This document shows positions 11,173-21,272 of a stretch of DNA of 64,000 nucleotides, one piece after another. The stretch covers positions 256,001 through 320,000 of the forward strand of contig CAWBMV010000012.1 of the NCBI GenBank assembly GCA_963789955.1, read 5' to 3'. How positions within the stretch are numbered: the first letter of the stretch is position 1; each line of letters opens with the position of its first letter. A program made the translations under genes and the position numbers. Source of the stretch: an uncultured Candidatus Rokubacteria bacterium. GTDB taxonomy: Bacteria; Methylomirabilota; Methylomirabilia; Rokubacteriales; CSP1-6. Below the pieces are notes generated by a model. The model ran no database searches, was not told where the DNA came from, and saw only the letters and a list, made by a program, of their open reading frames with translations.

Positions 11173-11206
11173 CTATCTCAGGCCACCCTCGGTCCAAGCC
11201 GGTCTC

Positions 11207-12226
11207 ATGGCCCCCGCTACAATAGACGCCCTCGTGACCGGGGCGACCGGGTTCGTCGGCGCCAACGTGGCGCGCGAGCTCCTGCGCGAGGGCGCGACGG
11301 TGCGCGTGCTCGCGCGGCCGAACGGCGACCGCCGCGCGATCGAGGGGCTCGCGGTGGAGATCTGCGAGGGCGACCTCGTCGATCCCGCCTCGGTCCGCCA
11401 GGCCGTGCAGGGCGCGCGAATGGTGTTTCACGTCGCGGCCGACTACCGGCTCTGGGCACCGCGACCCGAGGAGATCTACCGCGCCAACGTCGAGGGGACG
11501 CGCGCGGTGCTCCAGGCCGCCGCCGACGCGGGCGTGAAGCGCGTCGTGTACACCTCGAGCGTCGGCGCGCTCGGCATTCCCAAGGACGGGACGCCCGGGA
11601 CGGAGACGACGCCCGTGACCCTGGCCGACATGGTCGGCCCGTACAAGGCGTCCAAGTTTCTCGCCGAGCAGGTGGCGCTCGGCTTCGCGCTCAAGGGGCT
11701 GCCGGTCGTGATCGTGAACCCCTCGACGCCGATCGGTCCGTGGGACGTGAAGCCGACCCCGACCGGCCAGATGGTCGTCGACTTCCTGAAAGGCCGGATG
11801 TTCGCGACGCTCGACACGGGACTCAACATCGTCCACGTCCGCGACGTCGCGCGCGGCCATCTGCTGGCCGCCGAGCGCGGCCAGATCGGCGAAAAGTACA
11901 TCCTCGGCAACGCCAATCTCAGTCTCGACGAGATCGGGGTCCTGCTCGCCGAGATCGCCGGCAGCCGCGCGCCGCGCGCTCGCATCCCGTACGCGGTGGC
12001 CTGGCTCGCCGCCGGCTGCATGGAAGTCGCGGCGCGCGTCACCGGCTCGCCGCCGCGGGCGTCGCTGACCGCGGTCCGCATGGCCCGCAAGCGCATGTTC
12101 TTCAGCCCGGCCAAGGCCGTGCGCGAGCTCTCACTGCCGCAGACCGACGTGCGGACGGCGCTCGCCGAGGCCGCCGAGTGGTTCATCGCGCACGGCTATG
12201 CCGCGCGCGTGCGGAAGACCGCATGA
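11207..12226 (+). CDS. hpnA: hopanoid-associated sugar epimerase/dehydratase (extended SDR)
   Basis: LVTGATGFVG, FHVAADYRLW, YKASK, VNPSTPIGPWDVKPTPTG; start codon uncertain. Confidence 0.9.
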   Translation: MAPATIDALVTGATGFVGANVARELLREGATVRVLARPNGDRRAIEGLAVEICEGDLVDPASVRQAVQGARMVFHVAADYRLWAPRPEEIYRANVEGTRAVLQAAADAGVKRVVYTSSVGALGIPKDGTPGTETTPVTLADMVGPYKASKFLAEQVALGFALKGLPVVIVNPSTPIGPWDVKPTPTGQMVVDFLKGRMFATLDTGLNIVHVRDVARGHLLAAERGQIGEKYILGNANLSLDEIGVLLAEIAGSRAPRARIPYAVAWLAAGCMEVAARVTGSPPRASLTAVRMARKRMFFSPAKAVRELSLPQTDVRTALAEAAEWFIAHGYAARVRKTA

Positions 12227-13110
12227 TCGGACATCTCGCGGCCCGCCTGACGCGGAAGAGCCGCTCGAATTTCTACTACGCGTTTCTCGCGCTGCCCAAG
12301 CCCCGCCGCGACGCGCTGTACGCCGTGTACGCGTTCTGCCGGACCGTGGACGACATCGCGGATCTGGGCGACGAGCGCGGCACCGATCGCGCGGAGCAGC
12401 GGCGCGCGCTCGACGGCTGGCGCCGCGACGTGGCGCTCTGCTACGAGCCCGGCGCCACCCCGACCGATCCGATCGCGGCACGGCTGGCGCACGCGGTGCG
12501 CACCTTCGCGATCCCGCGCGACGCGCTCCTGGCGATCATCGACGGGGTCGCGATGGATCTCGACCGCGCACGCTACGAGACCGCCGAAGACCTGTATCCG
12601 TATTGCTATCGGGTGGCCTCGGCCGTCGGCCTCTGCTGCATCGAGATCTTCGGCTACACCGATCCGCGTGCGCGCCAGTACGCGATCGACCTGGGCACGG
12701 CGCTCCAGCTGACGAACATCATTCGCGACGTCGGCGCCGACGCGCGCGACGGGCGGGTCTACCTGCCGCAGGAGGATCTGCGGAAGTTCGGCGTGACCGT
12801 CGAGGATCTGCAGACCGGACGGTACACCGAGCAGTTCGTCCAGCTCATGCGCCATCAGGCGGAGCGGGCGCGGCGGTTCTACCGGGCCGCGCGGGAGAAC
12901 TTCCCGTCGGTCGACGCGCGCTCCCTGGTGCCCGCCGAGATCATGGGGCGGATCTACTTCGCGCTGCTCGAGGAGATCGAAGCGCGGCGCTTCCAGGTGT
13001 TCGGCGCGCGCATCACGGTGCCCACGGCCCGCAAGGTCGCGATCGCGTTTCGCTGCTGGGCGGCGGCGCGGTTCGGCTCCGCCGGCTCTCCCGGCGGACG
13101 CGCGGCGTGA
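12223..13110 (+). CDS. hpnD: presqualene diphosphate synthase (squalene/phytoene synthase family)
   Basis: SRSNFYYAF, YAFCRTVDDIAD, YCYRVASAVG, LQLTNIIRDV..D...GRVYLP. Confidence 0.88.
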   Translation: MIGHLAARLTRKSRSNFYYAFLALPKPRRDALYAVYAFCRTVDDIADLGDERGTDRAEQRRALDGWRRDVALCYEPGATPTDPIAARLAHAVRTFAIPRDALLAIIDGVAMDLDRARYETAEDLYPYCYRVASAVGLCCIEIFGYTDPRARQYAIDLGTALQLTNIIRDVGADARDGRVYLPQEDLRKFGVTVEDLQTGRYTEQFVQLMRHQAERARRFYRAARENFPSVDARSLVPAEIMGRIYFALLEEIEARRFQVFGARITVPTARKVAIAFRCWAAARFGSAGSPGGRAA

Positions 13111-14117
13111 AGGCCGCGGTCTACCGCGGCGACGGCCGACTCGTCGCCGAAGAGTGGCCCAGGCCATCGATCGGCGCCGGCGAGCTCCTGTTACGCCTCA
13201 AGGGCTGCGGCCTCTGCGGCTCGGACATCGCCAAGATCGTCGATCCCGCGACCAGGATTCCGGCGGTCTTCGGCCACGAGGTGGTCGGTGAGGTCGCCTC
13301 GGTCGGTAGCGGTGTGTCGGCGTACGCGGTGGGCGATCGCGTCGTGGCGGCGCACCACGTGCCGTGCGGCGAGTGTCACTACTGTCGCCGCGGCAGCGAG
13401 TCGATGTGCGCCGCGTTCAAGGCCTCGAACCTCGATCCGGGCGGATTCGCCGAGTACGTCCGTGTCCCGGCGCCCAATGTTCGGCACGCGACTTTCCGTG
13501 TGCCGCCGCACGTGAGCGACGAGGCCGCCTCGTTCGTCGAGCCGCTGGCGTGCTGCCTGCGCGCGGTGCGGCGCGCTCGGGTCCAGCCGGGCGACACCGT
13601 CGTCGTCGTGGGGCTCGGATCGATCGGCTGCCTCTTCGTGCAGCTCTTCAAGCGGGCGGGCGCCGCAGTCGTCGGCGCGGACGCGCTGCCCGATCGCGCG
13701 GTCTTCGCGCGCGGGCTCGGCGCCGACGCGGCGGGGACCCTGGAGGTCGCGGCGGAGGCGCAGCGAAAGCTTTCCGAGGGCCGCGGCGCCGACCATGTCG
13801 TCCTCACCGGCGGCGGCGCGGCGGTGCTCCCGTGGGCGGCGGAGGTCGCGCGCGACGGGGGAAGCGTCCACTACTTCGCGGGTGGCGGCGGCGACACCTT
13901 GCCGCTGCCGCTCGAGACGCTCTATCACCGCGAGCTGACGATCACCGCGACCTACTCGTCGTCGCCGTCCGATCTGGCGGAGGCGTTTCGTCTGATCGCC
14001 GGCGGAGGCGTCGAGGTGGAGCGCCTGATCACCCATCGCGTGCCGCTCGCGAGCCTGGCGGCCGGCGTCGACCTCATGCGCCGGCGCGAGGCGCTGAAAG
14101 TGTACGTGACGCCGTGA
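13107..14117 (+). CDS. zinc-dependent alcohol/polyol dehydrogenase (MDR family)
   Basis: CGLCGSD, GHE, CGECHYC...C and GLGSIG motifs. Confidence 0.9.
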   Translation: MKAAVYRGDGRLVAEEWPRPSIGAGELLLRLKGCGLCGSDIAKIVDPATRIPAVFGHEVVGEVASVGSGVSAYAVGDRVVAAHHVPCGECHYCRRGSESMCAAFKASNLDPGGFAEYVRVPAPNVRHATFRVPPHVSDEAASFVEPLACCLRAVRRARVQPGDTVVVVGLGSIGCLFVQLFKRAGAAVVGADALPDRAVFARGLGADAAGTLEVAAEAQRKLSEGRGADHVVLTGGGAAVLPWAAEVARDGGSVHYFAGGGGDTLPLPLETLYHRELTITATYSSSPSDLAEAFRLIAGGGVEVERLITHRVPLASLAAGVDLMRRREALKVYVTP

Positions 14118-15152
14118 GGGCGATGGTCTTCCACGGCCCCGGCGATCTGCGCCGCGAGGACCTGCCGGTGCCGACTCCGGCGCCGGGCGAGCTCGTCATG
14201 CGCATCGACGCGGCGCTCACGTGCGGCACCGACGTGAAGACCCTGCGCCGCGGACACCCGGTGATGATTCCGAAGGTGCCGACGGTGTTCGGCCACGAGT
14301 TCGCCGGCACGGTCGCGTCGGTCGGATCCGGAGTCTCGCAATTCCACGAAGGGGATCGCGTGGTCGCCGCGAACTCGGCGCCGTGCGGGAGCTGTCCGTC
14401 GTGTCTGGCTGGGCGGCCGAATCTCTGCGAGGACCTCTTGTTCGTCAACGGCGCGTACGGCGAGTTCATCGCGCTGCCGCCGCGGCTGGTCGCGACGTAA
14501 CGTCGTGCCGCTGGCGGCGTCGCTCCCGGCCGAGCGCGCCGCATTCACCGAGCCGCTGGCGTGCGCGCTTCTCGCCGTCGAGCGGGCTCGCGTGGAAGCC
14601 GGACAGACGGTGGTCGTGTTCGGCCACGGGCCGCTCGGGTGCTTGCTCGGCATGCTGGCCGCCTCGCGCAAGGCGCGAGTCGTCATGATCGGCAAGGCCG
14701 GCTGGCGGTTCGATCGCTTGAAGACCCTGGGCTTCGCCCGATGGCTCGACGCGACGGCCGGCAACGTCGTCGAGGCGGTCCGCGATGCGACGGCAGGCCG
14801 GGGCGCCGAGGTCACGGTCGACGCGACCGGCCGACCCGAGGTCTGGGAGCTGGCGGTCGACACCGTGGGACGCGGTGGCAGCGTGCTGTTCTTCGGCGGC
14901 TGCGCACCGGGCACCTCGATCCGACTGGACACGCGGCGGACGCACTACGAGGAGCTGAGCTTGCTCGGCGCCTTCCATCACACGCCCGAGATGATCCGCC
15001 GGGCGGTGGAGACTCTGGCGTCCGGCGCGCTGGTGCCCGACAGCTTGATCTCGCATCGCATGCCGCTCGAGGAAGTCGGGCAGGCCCTCGCGCTGATGGC
15101 GAAGGGCGAGGCGCTCAAGGTGCTGATCCGAACGTCGAGCGTGGCATACTAG
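14114..15152 (+). CDS. second zinc-dependent MDR dehydrogenase (frameshift near 14498)
   Basis: TCGTD, GHE, CGSCPSC...C, EPLAC, GHGPLG; split across ORFs 13364..14500 and 14505..15152. Confidence 0.88.
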
Positions 15153-15159
15153 GAGCGTC

Positions 15160-16153
15160 ATGAAAGGCCCTCTCTCCGAGATCCTCCTGGCCGGCCCCCG
15201 TGGGTTCTGCGCGGGGGTCGAGCGCGCGATCGACATCGTCGAGCTGGCCCTGTCGGTGTGCAAGCCGCCCGTCTACGTCCGCCGGGAGATCGTCCACAAT
15301 CGCCTCGTCGTCGAGACGCTCCGCCAGCAGGGCGCGATCTTCGTCGACGAGCTCGACGAGGTTCCGGACGACGCGACCGTGATCTTCAGCGCTCACGGCA
15401 TCTCGCCGGAGGTGCGCGAAGAGGGCGCGCGGCGCGGTCTGCGCGTGATCGACGCGACGTGTCCGCTGGTGACCAAGGTGCACCTGGAGGCGATCCGCTA
15501 CGCGCGCGAGGACTACTCGATCGTGCTGATCGGTCACGAGGACCACGACGAGGTCATCGGTACGCTCGGCGAGGCGCCGGAGCGCATCTTCGTGATCGCC
15601 GACGTGGACGAGGTGGCGACGCTCGAGGTGCCGAATCCGGAGAAGGTCGCGTATCTGACGCAGACGACCCTGTCGGTCGACGACACGCGCGACGTCATCG
15701 AGGCGCTGCGCCAGCGGTTCCCGAAGATCGTCGGGCCCTCGCGCAACGACATCTGCTACGCGACGCAGAACCGTCAGGCGGCGGTGAAACGTCTGGCGAA
15801 CGACGTCGATCTCCTGCTCGTGATCGGCTCCAACAACAGCTCGAACGCGATCCGCCTCGTGGAAGTCGCGCGCACGGCCGGCACCCGCGCCTACCTGATC
15901 AACGACGTCGGCGACATCCGTCAGGAGTGGCTCGAGAACGCCCGGCGCGTCGGCATCACCGCCGGCGCCTCGACGCCGGAAGTCCTGGTCACGCAGACGG
16001 TGGAAGCGCTCGCGCGGGCAGGGCGTCCCCGTGCGCGAAGTCCACGTGGTCGAGGAAGACGTGCGGTTCGCGCTGCCGCAGGAGCTCGCGCGGATGGCCG
16101 AGGAGCGTGGCATGACGCTCCCGGCCCGGACCGCGATGCGCCAGACTATTTGA
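15160..16153 (+). CDS. ispH: 4-hydroxy-3-methylbut-2-enyl diphosphate reductase (frameshift near 16022)
   Basis: [51 protein letters not shown]; the corrected frame continues EEDVRFALP. Confidence 0.95.
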
Positions 16154-16157
16154 AGAT

Positions 16158-16225
16158 GGGGGGCCTCGACGGGCCCCCCAAGCCCCCCGCGCTCGGAAAC
16201 GCCCCGGCGGAGCCGGGGCGCCCCT
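16158..16225. repeat. GC-rich double-hairpin intergenic element (REP-like)
   Basis: GGGGGCC..GGCCCCC and GCCCCGGC-GGA-GCCGGGGC inverted repeats just after the ispH stop. Confidence 0.5.
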
Positions 16226-16336
16226 CGGTTGTCGCGTCGCGGTTCTGCGCCCGAACGCCGCTTCGGGTGACTTTCCGCTAGATCGCGGGCCTCGGCTGAG
16301 CGGATATACTGCGCGAAAGCCACGAGGGGAAACGCC

Positions 16337-17572
16337 ATGAGCTTCGTCAGCCACGTCGAGTGCACGATCTGCGGCGCCCACCACGACGCGAAGCGGCTCC
16401 TGACGGTCTGCGAGAAATGCGGACAGATGCTCGCGGTGCGGTACGACTTGGAGCGGGTCAAGGCGAGCGTGACGAAAGACGCGCTGCGTCGACGCGCGCC
16501 CGGGATGTATCGCTTCCGCGAGCTGACCCCGGTTGACGACTCGGAGGCGCTGGTGACGCTCGGCGAAGGCGGGACGCCGCTGCTCGAGCTGCCGCGGCTC
16601 GCCGCCCACCTCGGCATCAAGAAGCTGTGGGCGAAGGACGACGGGCAGAACCCGACCGGATCGTTCAAGGCGCGCGGGCTCGGCATGGCCGTCACGCGGG
16701 CGCGAACGCTCGGCGCGCGCGGTTTCGTCATCCCCTCGGCCGGCAACGCCGGCGGCGCGGCGGCGGTGTACGCGGCGCGCTGTGGTCTGCCGTGCGTGGT
16801 CATCGTGCCGCGCGGGACGCCCGCGGCGGCCGTCGCCGAAGCGCAGATCGCCGGGGCGCACGTGTTCACGATCGAGGGCTCGATCGCGACCGCCGGCCGG
16901 GTCGTCGCCAAGGTCGCGCCCCAGCTCGGCTGGTTCGATCTCTCGACGCTCAAGGAGCCGTATCGTCTCGAAGGCAAGAAGACGATCGGGCTCGAGATTG
17001 CCGAGCAGCTCGACTGGCGTATGCCGGACGTCCTTTTGTATCCGACGGGCGGCGGTACCGGGCTCGTCGGCATCCCCAAGGGCTACGAGGAGCTTCGGGC
17101 GATGGGGTGGTTGTCCGGGCCGCTGCCGCGGCTGTTCGCGGTGCAGGCCGAGGGCTGCGCGCCCGTCGTGAAGGCCTTTGCCGAGGGCGCCGAGACGACC
17201 ACGGCGTGGGAGAACCCGACGACGCTCGCCGCGGGGCTCCGGGTGCCGTCGCCGTTCGCGGGTCGTCAGATGCTTCGCCTCCTGCGCGATACGCGGGGCG
17301 GCGCGATGGCGGTCAGCGAGAAGGCGATCCAGGACGCCCAGCGTCTCGTGGCGCGCACCGAGGGTGTCTGGACCGCCCCGGAGTCGGCCGCGCTCGTCGC
17401 CGCGCTCGGCATCCTCAAAGACCGCGGCGAGGCCCTCCGCGACGCCGAGATCATGCTGATTTTCACCGGCGCCGGGCTCAAGTACGACCCGCCGCCGCTG
17501 GGATCGCCGACCGATCTGGCCGGCTCCGAGGACGAAATTCTGGCCCAGGTACGGCGTACGGTCGGGGCTTAA
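16337..17572 (+). CDS. thrC: threonine synthase-like PLP enzyme
   Basis: N-terminal CxxC..CxxC, LGEGGTPL, NPTGSFKARG (PLP lysine), SAGNAG, PTGGGTG. Confidence 0.8.
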   Translation: MSFVSHVECTICGAHHDAKRLLTVCEKCGQMLAVRYDLERVKASVTKDALRRRAPGMYRFRELTPVDDSEALVTLGEGGTPLLELPRLAAHLGIKKLWAKDDGQNPTGSFKARGLGMAVTRARTLGARGFVIPSAGNAGGAAAVYAARCGLPCVVIVPRGTPAAAVAEAQIAGAHVFTIEGSIATAGRVVAKVAPQLGWFDLSTLKEPYRLEGKKTIGLEIAEQLDWRMPDVLLYPTGGGTGLVGIPKGYEELRAMGWLSGPLPRLFAVQAEGCAPVVKAFAEGAETTTAWENPTTLAAGLRVPSPFAGRQMLRLLRDTRGGAMAVSEKAIQDAQRLVARTEGVWTAPESAALVAALGILKDRGEALRDAEIMLIFTGAGLKYDPPPLGSPTDLAGSEDEILAQVRRTVGA

Positions 17573-17635
17573 CAGGCTCCTGCCTTCGGTGGTAGCATCT
17601 GGCCCACCGCATCGCTCGTTCTAGGAGGCCAGCTG

Positions 17636-19720
17636 ATGGCGATCGAGATCGGGAAGATCCGGAACGTCGGCGTCGTCGGTCACGGCGGCGTCGGTAAAAC
17701 ATCCCTCGTCGAAGCCATGCTGTTCGCGACAGGCGCGGTCACGCGCCTGGGCCGGGTGGACGACGGCTCGACCACGACCGACTTCGACCCGGACGAGATC
17801 AGGCGCAAGATCTCGATCAACACCTCGGTGGCGTACTGCGACTGGAAGGGCCACCACATCAACCTGGTCGACACCCCCGGGTACGGTGACTTCATCGCGG
17901 ATGCCCGCGCCGGTCTCCGGGTCGTCGAGGCGGCGGTCGTCGTGGTGGACGCCGTCGCCGGCGTCCAGGTCCAGACCGAGAAGGTGTGGAAGTTCGCGAC
18001 GGAGTACGACCTGCCGCGCGCGGTCGTCGTGAACCGCCTCGATCGCGAGCGCGCGGACTTCTTCCGCACGTTCGAGTCACTCGGGAAGCGGCTCAAGGGA
18101 CGGCTGGTCGCCCTGCATCTGCCCATCGGGGAAGAGTCCGGATTCCGCGGCTTCGTCGATCTCGTCAAGATGAAGGCGGTCACGCTCGCGGGTAACAAGC
18201 CCGCCGAGGCCGACATCCCCGGCGACCTCGCCGAGCGCGTCAAGGAGTATCGCGAGAAGCTCGTCGAGGCGGCCGCCGAGACCGACGACGACCTGCTGGC
18301 CAAATACCTCGAGGAAGGCTCGCTCGGCGAGGCCGAGATGCTGAAGGCGCTCCGCGCCGGCATCACCCAGGGCAAGCTCATGCCGGTGGTGTGCGCCGCC
18401 GCGTCGAAGTCGATCGGCGTCCACGCGCTGCTCGACCTGATCGTCGACGAGCTGCCGTCGCCGGCGGAGCGCCCTGAGGTCCCCGGCACCGACGTCAAGA
18501 CCAAGCAGGCGGCCACGCGGAATGCGGACGCGAAGGCTCCCGTGACGGCGCTGGTGTTCAAGACGCTCAGCGATCCTCATATCGGCAAGCTCTCGCTCTT
18601 CCGCGTCATGACCGGCACGCTCAGGGCCGACTCGACCTTGCTCAATCCGGCGCACAGCGCCCGCGAGCGCATGGGGCACGTCTCGTGGCTCCAGGGCAAG
18701 ACGCAGAAGAACGTCGAGGCGCTCGGGCCGGGCGAGATCGGCGTGGCCCAGAAGCTGAAGGAGACGCAGACGGGCGACACGCTCACCGAGGAGGCTCAGC
18801 CGTTCGAGCTGCCGAAGATCAAGTTCCCGGAGGCGGCGATCTCGTTCGCGATCCAGCCCAAGACGCGCGGTGACGAGGACAAGATCTCGACCGCGCTGGC
18901 GCGCATCGCCGAAGAAGACCCGACGGTCCACTACCACTTCGATCCGGAGACCAAGCAGCTCCTGGTTTCTGGTGTCGGCAGCTTGCACGTCGAGATGGTC
19001 GTCGAGCGCATGAAGCGCAAGTACAACGTCGACGTGAACCTGCTGCCGCCGCGCATCCCCTACAAGGAGACGGTGAAGGGGCGCGCCGAGGGGCAGGGCA
19101 AGTACAAGAAGCAGACCGGCGGGCGCGGCCAGTACGGCGACACGTGGCTCCGGGTCGAGCCGATGCCGCGCGGCGGCGGGTTCGAGTTCGTCGACGACGT
19201 CTTCGGCGGCGCGGTCCCGCGCAACTTCATCCCCTCGGTCGAGAAGGGCGTGCGCGACTGCATGAAGAAGGGGATCCTCGCCGGCTACCCGGTCGTGGAC
19301 ATGAAGGTCACGCTCTACGACGGCTCCTCCCACGACGTGGACTCCTCGGACATGGCGTTCCAGATCGCGGCGTCAATGGGACTCCAGAAGGTCTTCATGG
19401 ACGCCCGGCCGATCCTGCTCGAGCCGATCATGAACGTCGAGGTCACGACGCCGGCGGATCACGCCGGCGACGTCATCGGCGACATGAACTCACGGCGCGG
19501 CCGGATCGTCGGCATGGAGCCGGCGGGCGAGACCGCGGCGGTGCGCGCCGTGGTGCCGATGTCCGAGATGCTGACGTACGAGTCGAGCCTGCGCTCGATG
19601 ACCGGTGGTCGCGGCGGCTACTCGATGGAGTTCTCGCACTATGAAGAGGTCCCGTCCTTCCTCGCCGACAAGGTCATCAAGGAGGCGAAGTCGGAGCGGG
19701 AGAAGGCCGAGAAGCACTAG
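17636..19720 (+). CDS. fusA: elongation factor G paralog (EF-G2-like)
   Basis: GHGGVGKT, RKISI in place of canonical RGITI, DTPGY.DF, NRLD, KQTGGRGQYG; not in an rpsL-rpsG-tuf operon. Confidence 0.9.
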   Translation: MAIEIGKIRNVGVVGHGGVGKTSLVEAMLFATGAVTRLGRVDDGSTTTDFDPDEIRRKISINTSVAYCDWKGHHINLVDTPGYGDFIADARAGLRVVEAAVVVVDAVAGVQVQTEKVWKFATEYDLPRAVVVNRLDRERADFFRTFESLGKRLKGRLVALHLPIGEESGFRGFVDLVKMKAVTLAGNKPAEADIPGDLAERVKEYREKLVEAAAETDDDLLAKYLEEGSLGEAEMLKALRAGITQGKLMPVVCAAASKSIGVHALLDLIVDELPSPAERPEVPGTDVKTKQAATRNADAKAPVTALVFKTLSDPHIGKLSLFRVMTGTLRADSTLLNPAHSARERMGHVSWLQGKTQKNVEALGPGEIGVAQKLKETQTGDTLTEEAQPFELPKIKFPEAAISFAIQPKTRGDEDKISTALARIAEEDPTVHYHFDPETKQLLVSGVGSLHVEMVVERMKRKYNVDVNLLPPRIPYKETVKGRAEGQGKYKKQTGGRGQYGDTWLRVEPMPRGGGFEFVDDVFGGAVPRNFIPSVEKGVRDCMKKGILAGYPVVDMKVTLYDGSSHDVDSSDMAFQIAASMGLQKVFMDARPILLEPIMNVEVTTPADHAGDVIGDMNSRRGRIVGMEPAGETAAVRAVVPMSEMLTYESSLRSMTGGRGGYSMEFSHYEEVPSFLADKVIKEAKSEREKAEKH

Positions 19721-19754
19721 AGCGGTCGGGGGCCTCGGGTAGAATAGGCCTCAA

Positions 19755-21159
19755 ATGATCTTTCAGCAGATCCTCAACGAAGAGTCGGGCTGTCTGTCCT
19801 ATCTGATCGGCTGCGGGGAGGCCGGGAAAGCTGCTGGTGGTCGATCCCGGCCGTGACCGCGTCCCCGAATACCTCCGCCTCGCCGCGAAGAAGGGCCTCA
19901 CGATCAGCCATATCCTCGAGACGCACACACACGCCGACCACATCTCGGGCGGTCGCGATCTGGCCGAGGCGGTGCGGGCGCCGATCCTCGTTCACCGGAC
20001 CGCCGGGGTCGCCTTCGAGCACCAGGAGGTGAGCGACGGCGACGAGCTCCGGATCGGCAGCGTGCGCTTCAAGATCGCCCACACGCCGGGCCACACGCCC
20101 GACTCGATCTGCCTGATGGTGTCGGACCTGTCCCGTGGCGAGGCCCCGTGGTTCGTCCTGACGGGCGACATGCTGTTCGTCGGCTCCGTCGGACGCCCGG
20201 ATCTCGGCGGCGCCCGCGCCGCGGAGGACGCGTGGGAGAGTCTGCAGCGCGTGCTGCTGCCGCTCGACGACAGCGTCGAGGTCTATCCCGCCCACGGCGC
20301 CGGCTCGGCGTGCGGCAAGGCGATGTCGGCCAAGTCGGGCTCGACGATCGGCTTCGAGCGCCGCTTCAACCCGGCGCTCCAGCTTCGCGGCCGCCAGGAG
20401 TTCGTCGACTTCCTCATGAAGGATCTGCCGCCGAAGCCGCCCTCGTTCGAGAAGATCGTCGGCAAGAACAAGGGGTTGATCTCGCTCGCCGCCGCCAAGC
20501 CGCGGCCGTTCACGGCCCGCGAGGCGTGGGACGCGGTGCAGCGGGGCGAGATCGTCGTGGACCTGCGCGATCCCGGCACCTACGGCGAGATGCACGTCGC
20601 CGGCGCCGTGAACGTGTGGATCGAGAGCCCGCAGTTCGCCGAGCGCGTCGCGGGCATGGTGCCGTCCGGTGCGTCCTTGCTGTTGCTGGCGCAGGGGCCG
20701 TCGGACCTCGACCGCGCCGTGCAGGCGCTCTCGCGCGTGGGCATCGACGAGATCAGCGGCTTTCTCCAGTGGGGCATGATCGAGTGGCGCAGCGAGGGCT
20801 TCCCGGTCGAGTCGGTGCCGCAGATCACGGTGTCCGAGCTCGCCGAGTGGCTCGAGCAGGGACGTGACGTGGCCGTGATCGACGTGCGCGAGCACTCCGA
20901 GTGGATCGACGGCCACATCGACGGCGCGATCCACCTGCCGATGCTCGAAGCCGCGGCGCGGCGCGGCGAGGTGCCGGCCGACCGGCCGAAGGCGGTGCTG
21001 TGCGCCGGGGGCCTGCGCTCGAGCACCGCGATCAGCGCGCTGAAACGCCACGGCCTGCAGGGATGGTACAACGTCACGGGCGGCATGACGGCGTGGAAAC
21101 GGTTCGGCTATCCCGTCGTGCGCTCGTCGTCGGACTCGGGCAGCGCTCCTCGCGCGTGA
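19755..21159 (+). CDS. MBL-fold persulfide dioxygenase-like protein fused to two rhodanese domains (frameshift near 19833)
   Basis: GCLSYLIG N-terminus, ETHTHADHISG, HTPGHTP, TGD.LF.G.VGRPDL, PAHGAGS.CG; C-terminal rhodanese LCAGGLRS. Confidence 0.87.
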
Positions 21160-21272
21160 TCGCCGACAGAAGTGCGAGCCGAAGCGGTGCCTCCGCTGAG
21201 GCGAGCCTGTGATCAACGGGCGGTGCAAGCGCTTCAGCAAAGCCGAGCTCGCTCGCTCCGCTGTACGCGGCG

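Noticed and set aside
14490..14510. Stop-codon readthrough or programmed frameshift in the second dehydrogenase
   Set aside because: The TAA arises from one extra base (ACG-T-AAC); the downstream part is in a different frame with no slippery site, consistent with the general indel noise.
17636..19720. Ribosomal-protection (TetM-like) resistance gene
   Set aside because: Length and motifs fit an EF-G paralog (KQTGGRGQYG, full domain IV/V); nothing TetM-specific and no mobile context.
21156..21215. Short GTGATC-bounded insert with a GCCTC/GAGGC hairpin before the YeeE gene
   Set aside because: Possibly another small repeat, but single-copy in this window and too short to support.
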